DNA of 63,510 nucleotides, the filler included, from Candidatus Rokuibacteriota bacterium (GTDB lineage: Bacteria; JAUVQV01; DATDCY01), in NCBI GenBank assembly GCA_031406795.1. It is 7 parts of 7 records of this genome, joined end to end, with 100 filler letters (N's around TTAATTAATTAA, not from the genome) between each part and the next. Parts side by side here need not be neighbours in the genome. Positions count along the whole stretch, not along the records: positions 15,731 to 31,310 come from JANOHV010000054.1; 6 more parts are not named here. One strand, 5' to 3'. The first letter of the stretch is position 1. Each line of letters opens with the position of its first letter. The notes below the pieces were generated by a model. It did not search any database, was not told the DNA's origin, and worked only from the letters and a program-made list of their open reading frames with translations. The position numbers and the translations under genes are program-made. Below are positions 18,517 to 28,159 of the stretch, piece after piece.

Positions 18517-18906
18517 TCACTCTTCGTCGATGATGTGGCGGGCGTCGAGGACTTCATTGAACTTCTTGCGCAGGGTGCTCGGCCGGAAGGGTTTCGTGAT
18601 GTAGTCGTCGGCCCCGGCGTCCTTGCCCTTCTGGATGTCGACCTGCTGGCTTTTCGCGGTCAGCATGATGACCGGGATTTCACGCGTCGCGGGGTCGGCC
18701 TTGAGTTCGCGGCAGACCTCGAAGCCGTCCATGAAGGGCATCATGATGTCGAGCATGATCAGATCGGGGAGCGACTCGCGCGCCTTCTGCAGCGCCTCCT
18801 TGCCGTTGATGGCGGTGACGCACTCGTACCCCTCCATCTCGACGGCGTCCGTGAGGGCCATGAGGATATAGGGTTCGTCGTCGCACACCAGAATTTTCTT
18901 GGTCAT
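18517..18906 (-). CDS. Single-domain response regulator
   Basis: VCDDE, MLDIMMP, LTA, ITKPF. Confidence 0.92.
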   Translation of the reverse strand: MTKKILVCDDEPYILMALTDAVEMEGYECVTAINGKEALQKARESLPDLIMLDIMMPFMDGFEVCRELKADPATREIPVIMLTAKSQQVDIQKGKDAGADDYITKPFRPSTLRKKFNEVLDARHIIDEE

Positions 18907-18982
18907 GATCGTATCCCGCCTCTCCTGTGCTTGTCGAGTTTCCGTCGGGTGGTTCGTGCCGCCGGCCCGCCGCCGGCGCCGG

Positions 18983-20545
18983 TCAGCTCGCCGCGCCGGA
19001 TGGGGCCTGCGCCGCGTCGCAGGCCGCCCGGCGCTCGCCCGGCGGCTTTTCCTCATAGGGGATCGTGAACGAGAAGGTGCTTCCCATATCGACCTTGCTC
19101 TCGGCCCAGATCCTGCCGCCGTGGTGCAGGACAATCTCCTTGCAGATCGAGAGGCCGAGGCCGGTGCCGCCCTGGCTGCGGGTGAAGTGGTCCTCAACCT
19201 GCTGGAACTTCTCGAAGATCTTCTCCAGGTTCTCCGGCGCGATCCCGATGCCTTCATCGGTGGTGGATACCTTGACGTAGGCGCGGAAGCGGTGGTCGGT
19301 GATGTACGCCGGGTCCTCGCCGCGCTCGGCGGTCACGACCACCTTGCTCCCGGCGCGGGTGAACTTGATGGCGTTCGACAGCAGGTTCGCGACGAGCTGC
19401 ACGATCTTGTCGTTGTCCCCGAGCACGACCGGCAGGCCGGGATCAACCTGGCTGACCAACTGAACATTGCGGGCCGCCCCGGCCCCGGAGAAGGTCTGCA
19501 CCGTGTTGCGCACGACCTGGTCGAGACGGATCTCCTCGAGCTTCCACTTGAACTTGCCGGCGCTGATCTTCTGCAGATCGAGCAGATCGTTGATCAGCCG
19601 GGTCAGCCGGTCGGTCTCCTCGTTGATCACCCGCAGGTACTTTTGCTGCCGCGCCGGTTCGATCGTGCCCACCCGCTCGAGCATCACCTCGGCGAAATAC
19701 TTGATCGAGGTCAGCGGCGTGCGCAGCTCGTGCGAGACGATCGAGATGAAGTCGTCCTTCATTTCGCTGAGCTTGTGGATCGTGTCGATCATCGAGTTGA
19801 AGCTGCGCCCCATCACGCCGAGCTCATCGCGCGAGGTGAATTCGACCCGCGCGTTCATGTTCCCCCGCTCGACTTCGCGGATGACCTTGAGCATCCGCGA
19901 GACCGGCCGGTTCACGAGCAGCGCCAGCAGCAACGTCAGCGCGAGGGAGGTGGCGAGGATCGTCGCCACGGCGCCCGTGATCCCCGCGGTGCGCATGATG
20001 TCCCGGTTCTTGGCCATGCGCTGCCGGGCGCTGTTCATGTTCAGGCAGACGTCGAGGATGCCGAGCACGCGCTTGCCTTTGTCGTGGCAGGCGTGGCAGC
20101 GCTCCTGGTTGAAGAGCGGCTTGACCATGCAGAACTGGCGGTCGCTGCCGGCGTCGTAGGCCTTGCCCTTGACTTCGTTGTTCACGTAGACGCTGTAGTG
20201 CACGTCCGAGATCTTCTTGCCGACTTCCTCGGGATTGAGCGACTGGCGGACCACGCCGTCCTGCGAGAAGATCACCAGCTGCTTCAGTTCGGTGTAGGAG
20301 TTGGTCAGTTCCGCCATCTGGAGCAGCTTGCGCATGTGGCCGCTCTCGGTGGTGTAGGCGATGTTGTTGTAGATCGCGTCCATCAGCAGGATCGCCTTGC
20401 TGCGCGTCGCCTCCTCGAACTCCTCGTTGAGGGACTTGAGGGTCCGATTGGTCGTGACGTAATACGACGTGCCGAGAAACACCGCGAGAATGAGCGCGAT
20501 CCAGAGCACGATCTTGGCCTGGAGTCGCTTGCCGAGCATTTCCAC
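18983..20545 (-). CDS. Sensor histidine kinase with periplasmic c-type heme, HAMP, HisKA and HATPase
   Basis: Two TM helices flanking CHACH; SHELRTPL, NLLSNAIKF, DEGIGI, GTGLGL. Confidence 0.93.
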   Translation of the reverse strand: MEMLGKRLQAKIVLWIALILAVFLGTSYYVTTNRTLKSLNEEFEEATRSKAILLMDAIYNNIAYTTESGHMRKLLQMAELTNSYTELKQLVIFSQDGVVRQSLNPEEVGKKISDVHYSVYVNNEVKGKAYDAGSDRQFCMVKPLFNQERCHACHDKGKRVLGILDVCLNMNSARQRMAKNRDIMRTAGITGAVATILATSLALTLLLALLVNRPVSRMLKVIREVERGNMNARVEFTSRDELGVMGRSFNSMIDTIHKLSEMKDDFISIVSHELRTPLTSIKYFAEVMLERVGTIEPARQQKYLRVINEETDRLTRLINDLLDLQKISAGKFKWKLEEIRLDQVVRNTVQTFSGAGAARNVQLVSQVDPGLPVVLGDNDKIVQLVANLLSNAIKFTRAGSKVVVTAERGEDPAYITDHRFRAYVKVSTTDEGIGIAPENLEKIFEKFQQVEDHFTRSQGGTGLGLSICKEIVLHHGGRIWAESKVDMGSTFSFTIPYEEKPPGERRAACDAAQAPSGAAS

Positions 20546-20567
20546 CTAGGGCGCCTCCCGCACGTCG

Positions 20568-21731
20568 TTAGTCTCTCTCCCCCGGCGGTTTGACCGGGCA
20601 GTTCACGGCCCGGGCAGATGCTACACCAGCGCTCTGCAACATGGCAAGGACGGCCGGTCCCGGCTCGCCGTCGGCGGGACGGCCGAGCAGCGGGCGGAAC
20701 TCGGCCCGGCCGCGGTACCCGAGCAGTTCGAGCGTCCGCGCGAGCATCTCCTCCTCCAGGGCTTCGACCTCGAAAGAGGTCAGGCCGGCGATGTCGACCT
20801 GTCCGCCGGCCATGCGGCCGTGGCCGCCCGCGGTCCCCCGCTCGCGGAGCAGCTCGCGCAACAGCCGCCCCGCGCCCCGCCCGCGAAGCGCCCGCAGTGA
20901 GATGTAGAGTTGCCCGCCGTGACGGCCGGTGACGACCGACCAGCCCATGCGTTCGTGCGCCAGCAGAAAATCGGCGATCTCGGCAACGCTGTCCGGGGTG
21001 TCGACATCCCCGAGGCGCGAGCCGATCACGTTGCGGTAGCAGACTGCCTGGTGGAGCGCCCGATCCAGAACCGCGAAGTACGCGCGCGGGCGCCGCGGGT
21101 GCTCGATGCGCGCGAGAATCGGTTTGCGGACCTGGGGATAGAGCCGCAGGTACGCCTCCAGGTCGCGCTCGCCCGCGCCGCGGCCGAGATCACGCGTCTC
21201 CGAGGAGATGCCGTAGGCCAGGGCCGTGGCCAGCCAGGCCGGGACGGACAGCCCCGAGAGAAGCAGATACTCGGCCAGGATGGTCGCGGTCGCCCCGTAG
21301 CTCGGGCGGATGTCGGCCCACGCGGCGACGGTCGTCTTCAACGCCGGGTGGTGGTCGATGACCAGCAGCGGCCTCGCGGAGCGCGGAAAGGAGTTGTTCC
21401 CCGATCGCGGCTGCGTGTCGACCAGCGCGACCTGGCTCCAGTCGACCGCCGGGAGACTCGCCATGGGGCGAAGGCGCAGCCGCAGCAGGCTGACCATCGC
21501 CCGGTTCTCGGCCCGGCCGATCACCCCCTCGTAGGCCACGACGGCCCGCACCCCCGCGGCGTGCTCGAGCAGATAGCGCAGCGCCAGCGCACTGGAAATC
21601 GAGTCGGGGTCGGGGTTGCGGTGGGTGCAGATGACCAGCCCGGTGGCGCCGGCGACCGCCCGGTACAAACCCTGCAGGGGGTCGTGGACGACCTTCGGCA
21701 CCGGCGGCGGGGGACGACGACCCTGGCTCAC
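20568..21731 (-). CDS. DHH/DHHA1 family phosphoesterase
   Basis: HRNPDPDS, VDT, IDHH, ATAT, ISSET and AGGH motifs. Confidence 0.9.
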   Translation of the reverse strand: MSQGRRPPPPVPKVVHDPLQGLYRAVAGATGLVICTHRNPDPDSISSALALRYLLEHAAGVRAVVAYEGVIGRAENRAMVSLLRLRLRPMASLPAVDWSQVALVDTQPRSGNNSFPRSARPLLVIDHHPALKTTVAAWADIRPSYGATATILAEYLLLSGLSVPAWLATALAYGISSETRDLGRGAGERDLEAYLRLYPQVRKPILARIEHPRRPRAYFAVLDRALHQAVCYRNVIGSRLGDVDTPDSVAEIADFLLAHERMGWSVVTGRHGGQLYISLRALRGRGAGRLLRELLRERGTAGGHGRMAGGQVDIAGLTSFEVEALEEEMLARTLELLGYRGRAEFRPLLGRPADGEPGPAVLAMLQSAGVASARAVNCPVKPPGERD

Positions 21732-21741
21732 GGCAGACCGT

Positions 21742-21771
21742 TTGACAGGCTCGACCGCAGGATGGTAGACA
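21742..21771 (+). promoter_or_regulatory. Putative sigma70 promoter of the DUF3467 gene
   Basis: TTGACA-N18-TAGACA with TG extended -10. Confidence 0.45.
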
Positions 21772-21805
21772 CAACTGGCGCATCAGCCGCGAAAGGAGCA
21801 CGCCC

Positions 21806-22093
21806 GTGCCGAACCAGCCGAAGGAAATCAAGGTCAAGATCGCCGACGAAGTCCTCAAGGGCAGTTACGCCAACACCCTGCTCGTCGCGCACACCGCCGA
21901 AGAGTTCATCCTCGACTTCATTCTCTCGCTGCCGCCGCAGGCGGTCTGCAATGCCCGGGTCATCGTCCACCCCGGGCACCTCAAGCGCATAATCGCGGCG
22001 CTCCAGCAGAACCTCGCTCTCTACGAGGCGAAACACGGCGTCGTCACCGCTACGCCCGACCCCGGGCAGGGAGGCATCGGCTTCACCAACTAG
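21806..22093 (+). CDS. DUF3467 family protein
   Basis: GSYANTLLVAHTAEEFILDF...ARVIVHPGHLK...YEAKHG; AAGGAG RBS. Confidence 0.85.
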   Translation: MPNQPKEIKVKIADEVLKGSYANTLLVAHTAEEFILDFILSLPPQAVCNARVIVHPGHLKRIIAALQQNLALYEAKHGVVTATPDPGQGGIGFTN

Positions 22094-22223
22094 CGCTTCC
22101 ACACGCACGGCGCCATTCTCCGGCCATGGCGGGCAGCCGTCAAGGGCTGCGGCGATCCGCGGTATACTCGCCGCCGCATTGCGGGTTCACGCGATCGGGT
22201 TTCTTTTTGGGGGGAGCGAGCCA

Positions 22224-24113
22224 ATGGCAGATACCGTCTCCGGGATGTTCCAGCAGGTCGTCGGCCGTCATGGCGGGCGTCCGGCCTTCCGCTACCGCGT
22301 CGGCGAGCAGTTCACCGACATCACCTTCCAGGAACTGGCCACGCGCGTCGAGGCGCTCGCGACCGCCCTGCTCGACCTGGGCGTGGCGCCGGGGCAGAAT
22401 CTCGGCCTGATCTCCGACAACCGTCCGGAGTGGATCCTCTGCGACCTGGCCTGCATCTCGATCGGAGTCCCCGATGTGCCGCGGGGGAGCGACTCCACGG
22501 TCCGCGAAATCGAGTACATACTCGGGCACGCCGGCGCCTCCGGCGTTTTCATCGAGGACGCCCGCCGGCTCGAACGGATCGCGCCGCTGCGCGAGCGCCT
22601 CCCGGGGCTGCGCTTCCTCGTGGTGATGGACCCGGACTGGACCGGACCGGTCGCTGCGGGCATCCACCGCCTCGCCGACCTGCTCGAGCGCGGCCGGGCG
22701 CTGCGCGCCGGCGGCGACCGACGGCTGGAGGCGGCTCGCGCTCTGATCCGCCCCGACGACATCGCAACCATCATCTACACCTCGGGGACCACCGGGGAGC
22801 CCAAAGGGGTGGTGCTCGCCCACCGCAACCTGATGCAGAACATCAGCGTGCTGCCCGGGCACCTGCAGATCACCCACGAGGACCGGTTCATCTCGCTGCT
22901 GCCGCCCTGGCACATCTTCGAGCGCATGGTGGAATACACCGCGATGGCCGCCGGCGCCAGCCAGAGCTACAGCTGCATCCGCACCCTGGGCGCCGACATG
23001 ATCAGCGAGAAGCCGACGTTCATGGCGAGCGTCCCGCGCGTCTGGGAGGGGATTCTCGGCAGGGTCATGGCGAACATCGCCAAGGAGCCCGCGGCCAAAC
23101 AGCGCATCTTCCGGCTGCTCCTCGGGGCGAGCAAGCGCTACACCGCGGCGAGCAAGGTCCTCCAGGGGCGCGACACCCTCTACGAGACACCGGCGCCGGC
23201 TGCGCGCCTCCTCACCCGGCTGCGCGCGCTGCTGACCGTGGCGACGCTGGCCCCGGTCTACGCGTTCGCCCAGAAGAAATTCGCGGCGATCCGGATGCGC
23301 ACCGGCGGCAAACTGCGCGCGGCCGTCTCGGGCGGCGGGGCGCTGCCCCCCTACGTCGACGAATTCTTCTCCGCCGTGGGCATCACGCTGCTCGAAGGCT
23401 ACGGTCTGACCGAGACTTCGCCGGTGCTCGCGGCGCGCACCTTCGACCGGCTGGTGCTCGGGACGGTGGGACTGCCGATCCCGGGCACGGAAATACGCAT
23501 CGTCGACGAGCAGGGGCGCGATCTGCCGCAGGGCCAGAAGGGGGTCGTCCTGTGCCGCGGCGGCCAGATCATGCTCGGGTACCACAAACGCCCGGAGGAG
23601 ACCGCGAAGGTGCTCTCCCCCGATGGCTGGTTCAACACCGGGGATCTCGGCCGCCTGACGATCCGCGGCGAACTCTCGCTGACCGGCCGGGCCAAGGAGA
23701 CGATCGTGCTGCTCGGCGGCGAGAACGTCGAGCCGGCCCCGATCGAGGATGCGCTCAAGGAGAGCCAGTACCTCTCGCAGATCATGGTCGTCGGGCAGGA
23801 CAAGAAGCACCTCGGGGCGCTGATCGTCCCGAATTTCGAAACCGTGCGCGACTGGCTCGCCGCCTGCGGCGCCGGGGGGGGGACCTCCCCGGAGGAGATC
23901 TGCAAGCGCGAGGAGGTCCATGCGCTCGTGAAGAAGGAACTGCACCGGCTGATGACCGAGGAGCGCGGCTTCAAGTACTACGAGCGCATCCCGCGTTTCC
24001 TGCTGCTGCCGCGCGAGTTCGCGGTCGGGGAGGAGTTGACGCAGACCATGAAGCTGCGCCGCAACGTGATCACGGAGCGCCGGGCGGAGGAGATCGCGTC
24101 GCTGTTCCGCTAG
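22224..24113 (+). CDS. fadD: Long-chain fatty acyl-CoA synthetase (AMP-binding)
   Basis: IYTSGTTGEPKG, EGYGLTE, TGDLG, GRAKE. Confidence 0.92.
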   Translation: MADTVSGMFQQVVGRHGGRPAFRYRVGEQFTDITFQELATRVEALATALLDLGVAPGQNLGLISDNRPEWILCDLACISIGVPDVPRGSDSTVREIEYILGHAGASGVFIEDARRLERIAPLRERLPGLRFLVVMDPDWTGPVAAGIHRLADLLERGRALRAGGDRRLEAARALIRPDDIATIIYTSGTTGEPKGVVLAHRNLMQNISVLPGHLQITHEDRFISLLPPWHIFERMVEYTAMAAGASQSYSCIRTLGADMISEKPTFMASVPRVWEGILGRVMANIAKEPAAKQRIFRLLLGASKRYTAASKVLQGRDTLYETPAPAARLLTRLRALLTVATLAPVYAFAQKKFAAIRMRTGGKLRAAVSGGGALPPYVDEFFSAVGITLLEGYGLTETSPVLAARTFDRLVLGTVGLPIPGTEIRIVDEQGRDLPQGQKGVVLCRGGQIMLGYHKRPEETAKVLSPDGWFNTGDLGRLTIRGELSLTGRAKETIVLLGGENVEPAPIEDALKESQYLSQIMVVGQDKKHLGALIVPNFETVRDWLAACGAGGGTSPEEICKREEVHALVKKELHRLMTEERGFKYYERIPRFLLLPREFAVGEELTQTMKLRRNVITERRAEEIASLFR

Positions 24114-24129
24114 GGGCAAGGGAGGGGCC

Positions 24130-25140
24130 ATGAAGGAAGCGTCGTTCTACACGAAGGACCCTGAAGGCATCGTTCACTGCAGCTTGTGCCCGCACCACTG
24201 CCGCATCAAGGTCGGGGAGGTCGGCATCTGCGGGGTCCGGCGCAACGACAGCGGAACGCTCGTGTCGCTCGTGTACGGCCTGACGGTCGCCGAGAACGTC
24301 GACCCGATCGAGAAGAAGCCGCTCTTTCACTTCCTCCCGGGCACCACCAGCTTTTCGATCGCGACGGCGGGATGCAACCTGCGCTGCCGGCACTGCCAGA
24401 ACGCCGACATCTCCCAGATGCCCCACAGCGTCGGCCGGATCGCCGGGCGCCCGCTGGCGCCAGCCGACGCGGCGCGTCGGGCGCGCGAAGCCGGGTGCGC
24501 GAGCATCTCCTACACGTACACCGAACCGACGATCTTCTTCGAGTACGCGTTCGACACCGCGGTGCTCGCGAAGGCGGCGGGGCTCAAGAACGTCTTCGTC
24601 TCCAACGGCTACACGACCGCCGAGCCGCTGCGCGCGATCGCACCGTATCTCGATGCGGCGAACATCGATCTGAAGTCGTTCTCGGACTCCTTCTACAAGA
24701 AGATCTGCGGCGCGCGTCTGCAGCCGGTGCTGGACACCCTGAAGCTCTACCGCGAACTGAAGATCTGGCTCGAGGTGACGACGCTGGTGATCCCCGGCGA
24801 AAACGACTCGGACGAGGATCTCGGCGGCTGCGCGCGGTTCATCGCGGAGCAGCTCGGCCGGGACGTCCCCTGGCATGTCTCGGGCTTCCGCCCGACCTAT
24901 CTGCTGACGGAGCGCCCGCGCACGCCGCCGGAGACGCTGCGGCGGGCGCGGCGGATCGGTCTGGAAGCGGGCTTGCAGTTCGTCTACGAGGGAAACATCC
25001 CCGGCGAGGGCGAGGACACCCTCTGCCCCGGGTGCGGCAAGACGGTCATCGCGCGGTACGGCTACACCGTGCGCGAGAACCGGCTGCGCGACGGCCATTG
25101 CCCGGACTGCCAGGCGGCGGTCCCGGGCGTCTGGGAGTAA
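24130..25140 (+). CDS. amrS: AmmeMemoRadiSam system radical SAM enzyme
   Basis: CSLCPHHC...CGVR, DPIEKKP, CNLRCRHCQN, SYTYTEP, C-terminal CPGC/CPDC. Confidence 0.92.
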   Translation: MKEASFYTKDPEGIVHCSLCPHHCRIKVGEVGICGVRRNDSGTLVSLVYGLTVAENVDPIEKKPLFHFLPGTTSFSIATAGCNLRCRHCQNADISQMPHSVGRIAGRPLAPADAARRAREAGCASISYTYTEPTIFFEYAFDTAVLAKAAGLKNVFVSNGYTTAEPLRAIAPYLDAANIDLKSFSDSFYKKICGARLQPVLDTLKLYRELKIWLEVTTLVIPGENDSDEDLGGCARFIAEQLGRDVPWHVSGFRPTYLLTERPRTPPETLRRARRIGLEAGLQFVYEGNIPGEGEDTLCPGCGKTVIARYGYTVRENRLRDGHCPDCQAAVPGVWE

Positions 25141-25188
25141 ATTAACACGGACCCGCGTCATCATCCTTCGTGCACGGGGAGGAATTCG

Positions 25189-25323
25189 TTCACGTGCGCG
25201 AGGCGGCGGGGGCTTCCCTTCGGTCGTGCGTCTCAGCCGCCGGCCCGGAGCGGGGCCCGGGCTGATCGGCGTCTTCGCGCCATCTCCCTCCCGGGAAACC
25301 CACAGCCGCCTCGCTGGGGTGAA
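25189..25323. repeat. Long imperfect intergenic hairpin between convergent genes
   Basis: GCGAGGCGGC (25198) pairs with GCCGCCTCGC (25305-25314); outer TTCAC/GTGAA; inner TCAGC/GCTGA. Confidence 0.5.
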
Positions 25324-25340
25324 GCACGTTATTGCGCGGT

Positions 25341-25856
25341 TTATAGGCTGTTGCGAACGTGTTCTGCCGTTTCCGTAATCATACCGTTCGGTGTGCTAAA
25401 ATTGCTGCCTGCCTCTTTTCGTTGGCTGAAAAATGCACTAACGGTGCCGTCTTCGATGCGAAGAATGCGAATGGAGATGCCAACTCGGTCGACCCGAAAA
25501 GTAAACGGAGCAACATCGTAGTAATCGTCAACTTCACCGTTAATGACATACTTGAATCCCTTGCTCTTCGCCAGAGCAACAGCGGCATCATCGGTGAACG
25601 TCTCTCGGGGGCCAACGGGCCTAGAGAGAGGCACCGCGCTAAATTTTGACGACCCTGAAAAAACTTGAGCGAAGATGTTGCCGGCTCTATTGCCAGAGCC
25701 ATCACAGTCCTCTTGACCTGTAATAAGGCAGTCTCGAAATGGGATGACGGCTAAATCTGATCCGATGGGTATCTGGTTGCGCTTCACAACTTGTGGGGTC
25801 AATGCGCATGAGACCAGAAGCAGCGGCAGAATCAGGAGAGAGTGGTAAAGTCGCAC
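25341..25856 (-). CDS. Low-GC lipoprotein (DUF799/DUF4823/PelC-like fold suspected)
   Basis: Lipobox LVSC; LAVIPF...YVINGEV...VGISIRIL pattern; GAGGAG RBS; GC clearly below its neighbours. Confidence 0.75.
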   Translation of the reverse strand: MRLYHSLLILPLLLVSCALTPQVVKRNQIPIGSDLAVIPFRDCLITGQEDCDGSGNRAGNIFAQVFSGSSKFSAVPLSRPVGPRETFTDDAAVALAKSKGFKYVINGEVDDYYDVAPFTFRVDRVGISIRILRIEDGTVSAFFSQRKEAGSNFSTPNGMITETAEHVRNSL

Positions 25857-25982
25857 GATTATTCCTCCTCATGTTGGGTTTAGCGGTTAGCTGCCTGGTG
25901 CGCTTGCGGCCCGTTTTCTCCTTCGCCTTGGACGCTGGCACTGTCACGCTTGGGCGAAAAGCAAGCGCGCTAGCTATAACGC

Positions 25983-28011
25983 CACGGCTACGTCAAAGTC
26001 CGTCGGTCTCCCGAGGCGGCTCGGCGAGCAATGGTGGCACCCACGGGCCCAACCGTACGGCTACGGGGCTGATCCGGGTTGCGAGAGGGGTGCAAGAACG
26101 CGGCAGCGGGTGCCTGAGGGCTGGATTGGGCACCGGCAGGCAGGGCTGTACCCCGACGGAAACGGCAGAGAGAGTGCCGCGAACGCTTAACGACCGGCGA
26201 TGGCCAGGGCGCGCCAAGGCGACGCCGAGGCTTCGCGACGAGCACGGGCGATGTTCTTCACCCCGCGCAGTCGCAGCAGGGTCACCACAGCATTTCTCAG
26301 GGTCGCGAGAACCTGCGGCGCGTTGCCCTTGCGCACGGTGGAGAGATCCTCGGCGAAGGTTGTGTCCCGAACCCAGTGCCCCTTATTCTCGATGCCCCAG
26401 TGCCAGCGCACCAGCCCCGACAGACGCCCGGGATCGGCACGCTCGGGAGTCAGGCTGGTGATCCCGTGGACGGTCTCCGTACGAGTCTTGCCGGATCGCA
26501 CGTTGGTGCTGTGACGACGCATGGTCCAAACTTGGGCGACATGGGGGAAATTGACGAAGTCGTTGATCTCAGTGCTGGTCCAAATTTCACGAATGTCGAT
26601 GCGGCCGTGCGACTTCTCCTGCGTCCGGTGCTGAGGGGGGAAATGCGCTCAAACCCAACGCTTCGATGTCTTCGCGCAGAGTTTTTTGATTGTCTTTGAC
26701 GGTCATCACGAAGTCGGCCTTCTTGTGCTCCTTGATGTAGTTTGCGGTATCGCTCTGCGTGTGCAGCGCATCGAGGGTGACAACCTTGCCCGCCAGATTC
26801 AGAGGCTCGAGCAGCACCTTGACCATGGGAATCTCATTGGTTTTTTCGCTGACCCTGATCTGCGACACCATAATGCCGTGGTTGTTCAAGAACGCCCCGA
26901 GCAGGTGGACCTTGGTTCCCCCGGCCTTGCTCGCTCCGCGGATCTCCTTGCCATCGACCGCGATCACCTCCTCGGTTTCCAACTCCACCCACCCGCGCAG
27001 CGCCGCGTCGATCGGCACCGGGTCTACCCGCTGGAGAAACCGGCGGATGGTTGGCTCGCTCGGAGCCACGCAACGCCCGGAGCTCGGATCACGCCGGCAG
27101 CCAAGGCGCCGCAATATGCGCTGCGGACAGCGTCCCGCCCACTCGGCAATCGCCGCAATGCTCTGCGCATTGCTCACCAACGCGCAAATCGCCACCGCGA
27201 GAATCGAGATCTTGCCATGACGAATCCCTCTGCGGCAGCGGTGTTCGGGGATGCCATTGAGTCGTAGCCATAAATCATCCAGCCGCTTGTCCGTGATGGT
27301 CATCGAAGTCACCTCCGGCATGCGTTGGTGTAACGGAGCCAGGTCAACCAGTCGCCGGCGTCCCTGACGGTCCAGTTCGCGCACCAGGACAATCTTGGGG
27401 TTGCCGTGCGCGTGATAGGTGCCATGCGCCTTGCCGTAGCCCAGCGTCTGCCCCAAAACGCTCCAGCCAGCGGCGCGGTAACAGGTGCCGCGAAAATAGC
27501 GCGGGTCAACGAAGGTTTCGGCCAGCAGGATTGGATGAGCATAGGCCAGCTGCCAATCAGCAGATAAGCGCCGCAGATTCAGGCCCAACAACCGCGAGGC
27601 AAGATGGGGAATGCGATATCCCGGCAGGATCAAGAACCGTGCGTTATTTGCGATCAACGCCAGACGTTGCTCGCGCAGCGGGGAGCGCCAGCCGATCCAG
27701 CGGTCACGGGCCCCGCATTTGAGCGCCGCCGCCGACCAGCCCAGCAGCGCCACCCACTGACCATCGCTTTCGCCAACATAGCGCAGCGACTCCCCGACCA
27801 GCCCCCGCATCCCCAGATAATGATGCTCCCGCATCAGCTCGTCCCAGCGCCCACGCTCCTCGCGCTGCGCCAGTCGAACCACTACCGTGCGGACAATTTC
27901 CCGCTCACGGTTCAACATGCCGATTACCGTACACAAACACCAAGCGGGTGTCCAGAGACAAATAATGCTGAGCTTTAGTAATTCCTTAGATCAGTGGATG
28001 ACAGGGCCCTG
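25983..28011 (-). mobile_element. ISAs1-family insertion sequence with DUF4338 (DruA-like) N-terminal domain
   Basis: Imperfect TIRs CAGGGCCCTGTCA / CACGGCTACGTCA; ISAs1 DDE motifs; no clear target duplication. Confidence 0.85.
26187..27918 (-). CDS. DUF4338-ISAs1 transposase; full length requires a +1 frameshift at TTTCCCCCCT (26634-26643)
   Basis: Frame 1: HHYLG, NNARFLILP, ETFVDP, GTCYRAAGW, AVDGK, TNEIP, DALHTQ, VKDNQ; shifted frame: HGRIDIR, HWGIEN, RDTTFAED. Confidence 0.88.
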
Positions 28012-28029
28012 ATGAGAACCGGCTCAGGC

Positions 28030-28057
28030 TTGACAGGGATCTGCCGGCGGTTATGCT
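28030..28057 (+). promoter_or_regulatory. Putative sigma70 promoter of the cytochrome gene
   Basis: TTGACA-N16-TATGCT. Confidence 0.55.
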
Positions 28058-28159
28058 ATAAAGTTATAAAAGGGATAGGTTAGGCACTGCGCCGACAGTC
28101 GCATGGTGCAGCGGGGTAATCTCGCGGACGTGGTGGAATGTAAACAGGGAGGTAGGCTT

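Noticed and set aside
18380-18604. 74-aa ORF MDVKVVERVQVQGAQ...
   Set aside because: It is a reading of repeat copy 1 and overlaps the regulator gene antisense.
25973-28056. attC site split by the IS (CTATAAC ... GTTATGC)
   Set aside because: The rejoined site is only about 55 nt with weak L-box pairing. There is no target duplication to show the flanks were contiguous, and no integrase in view.
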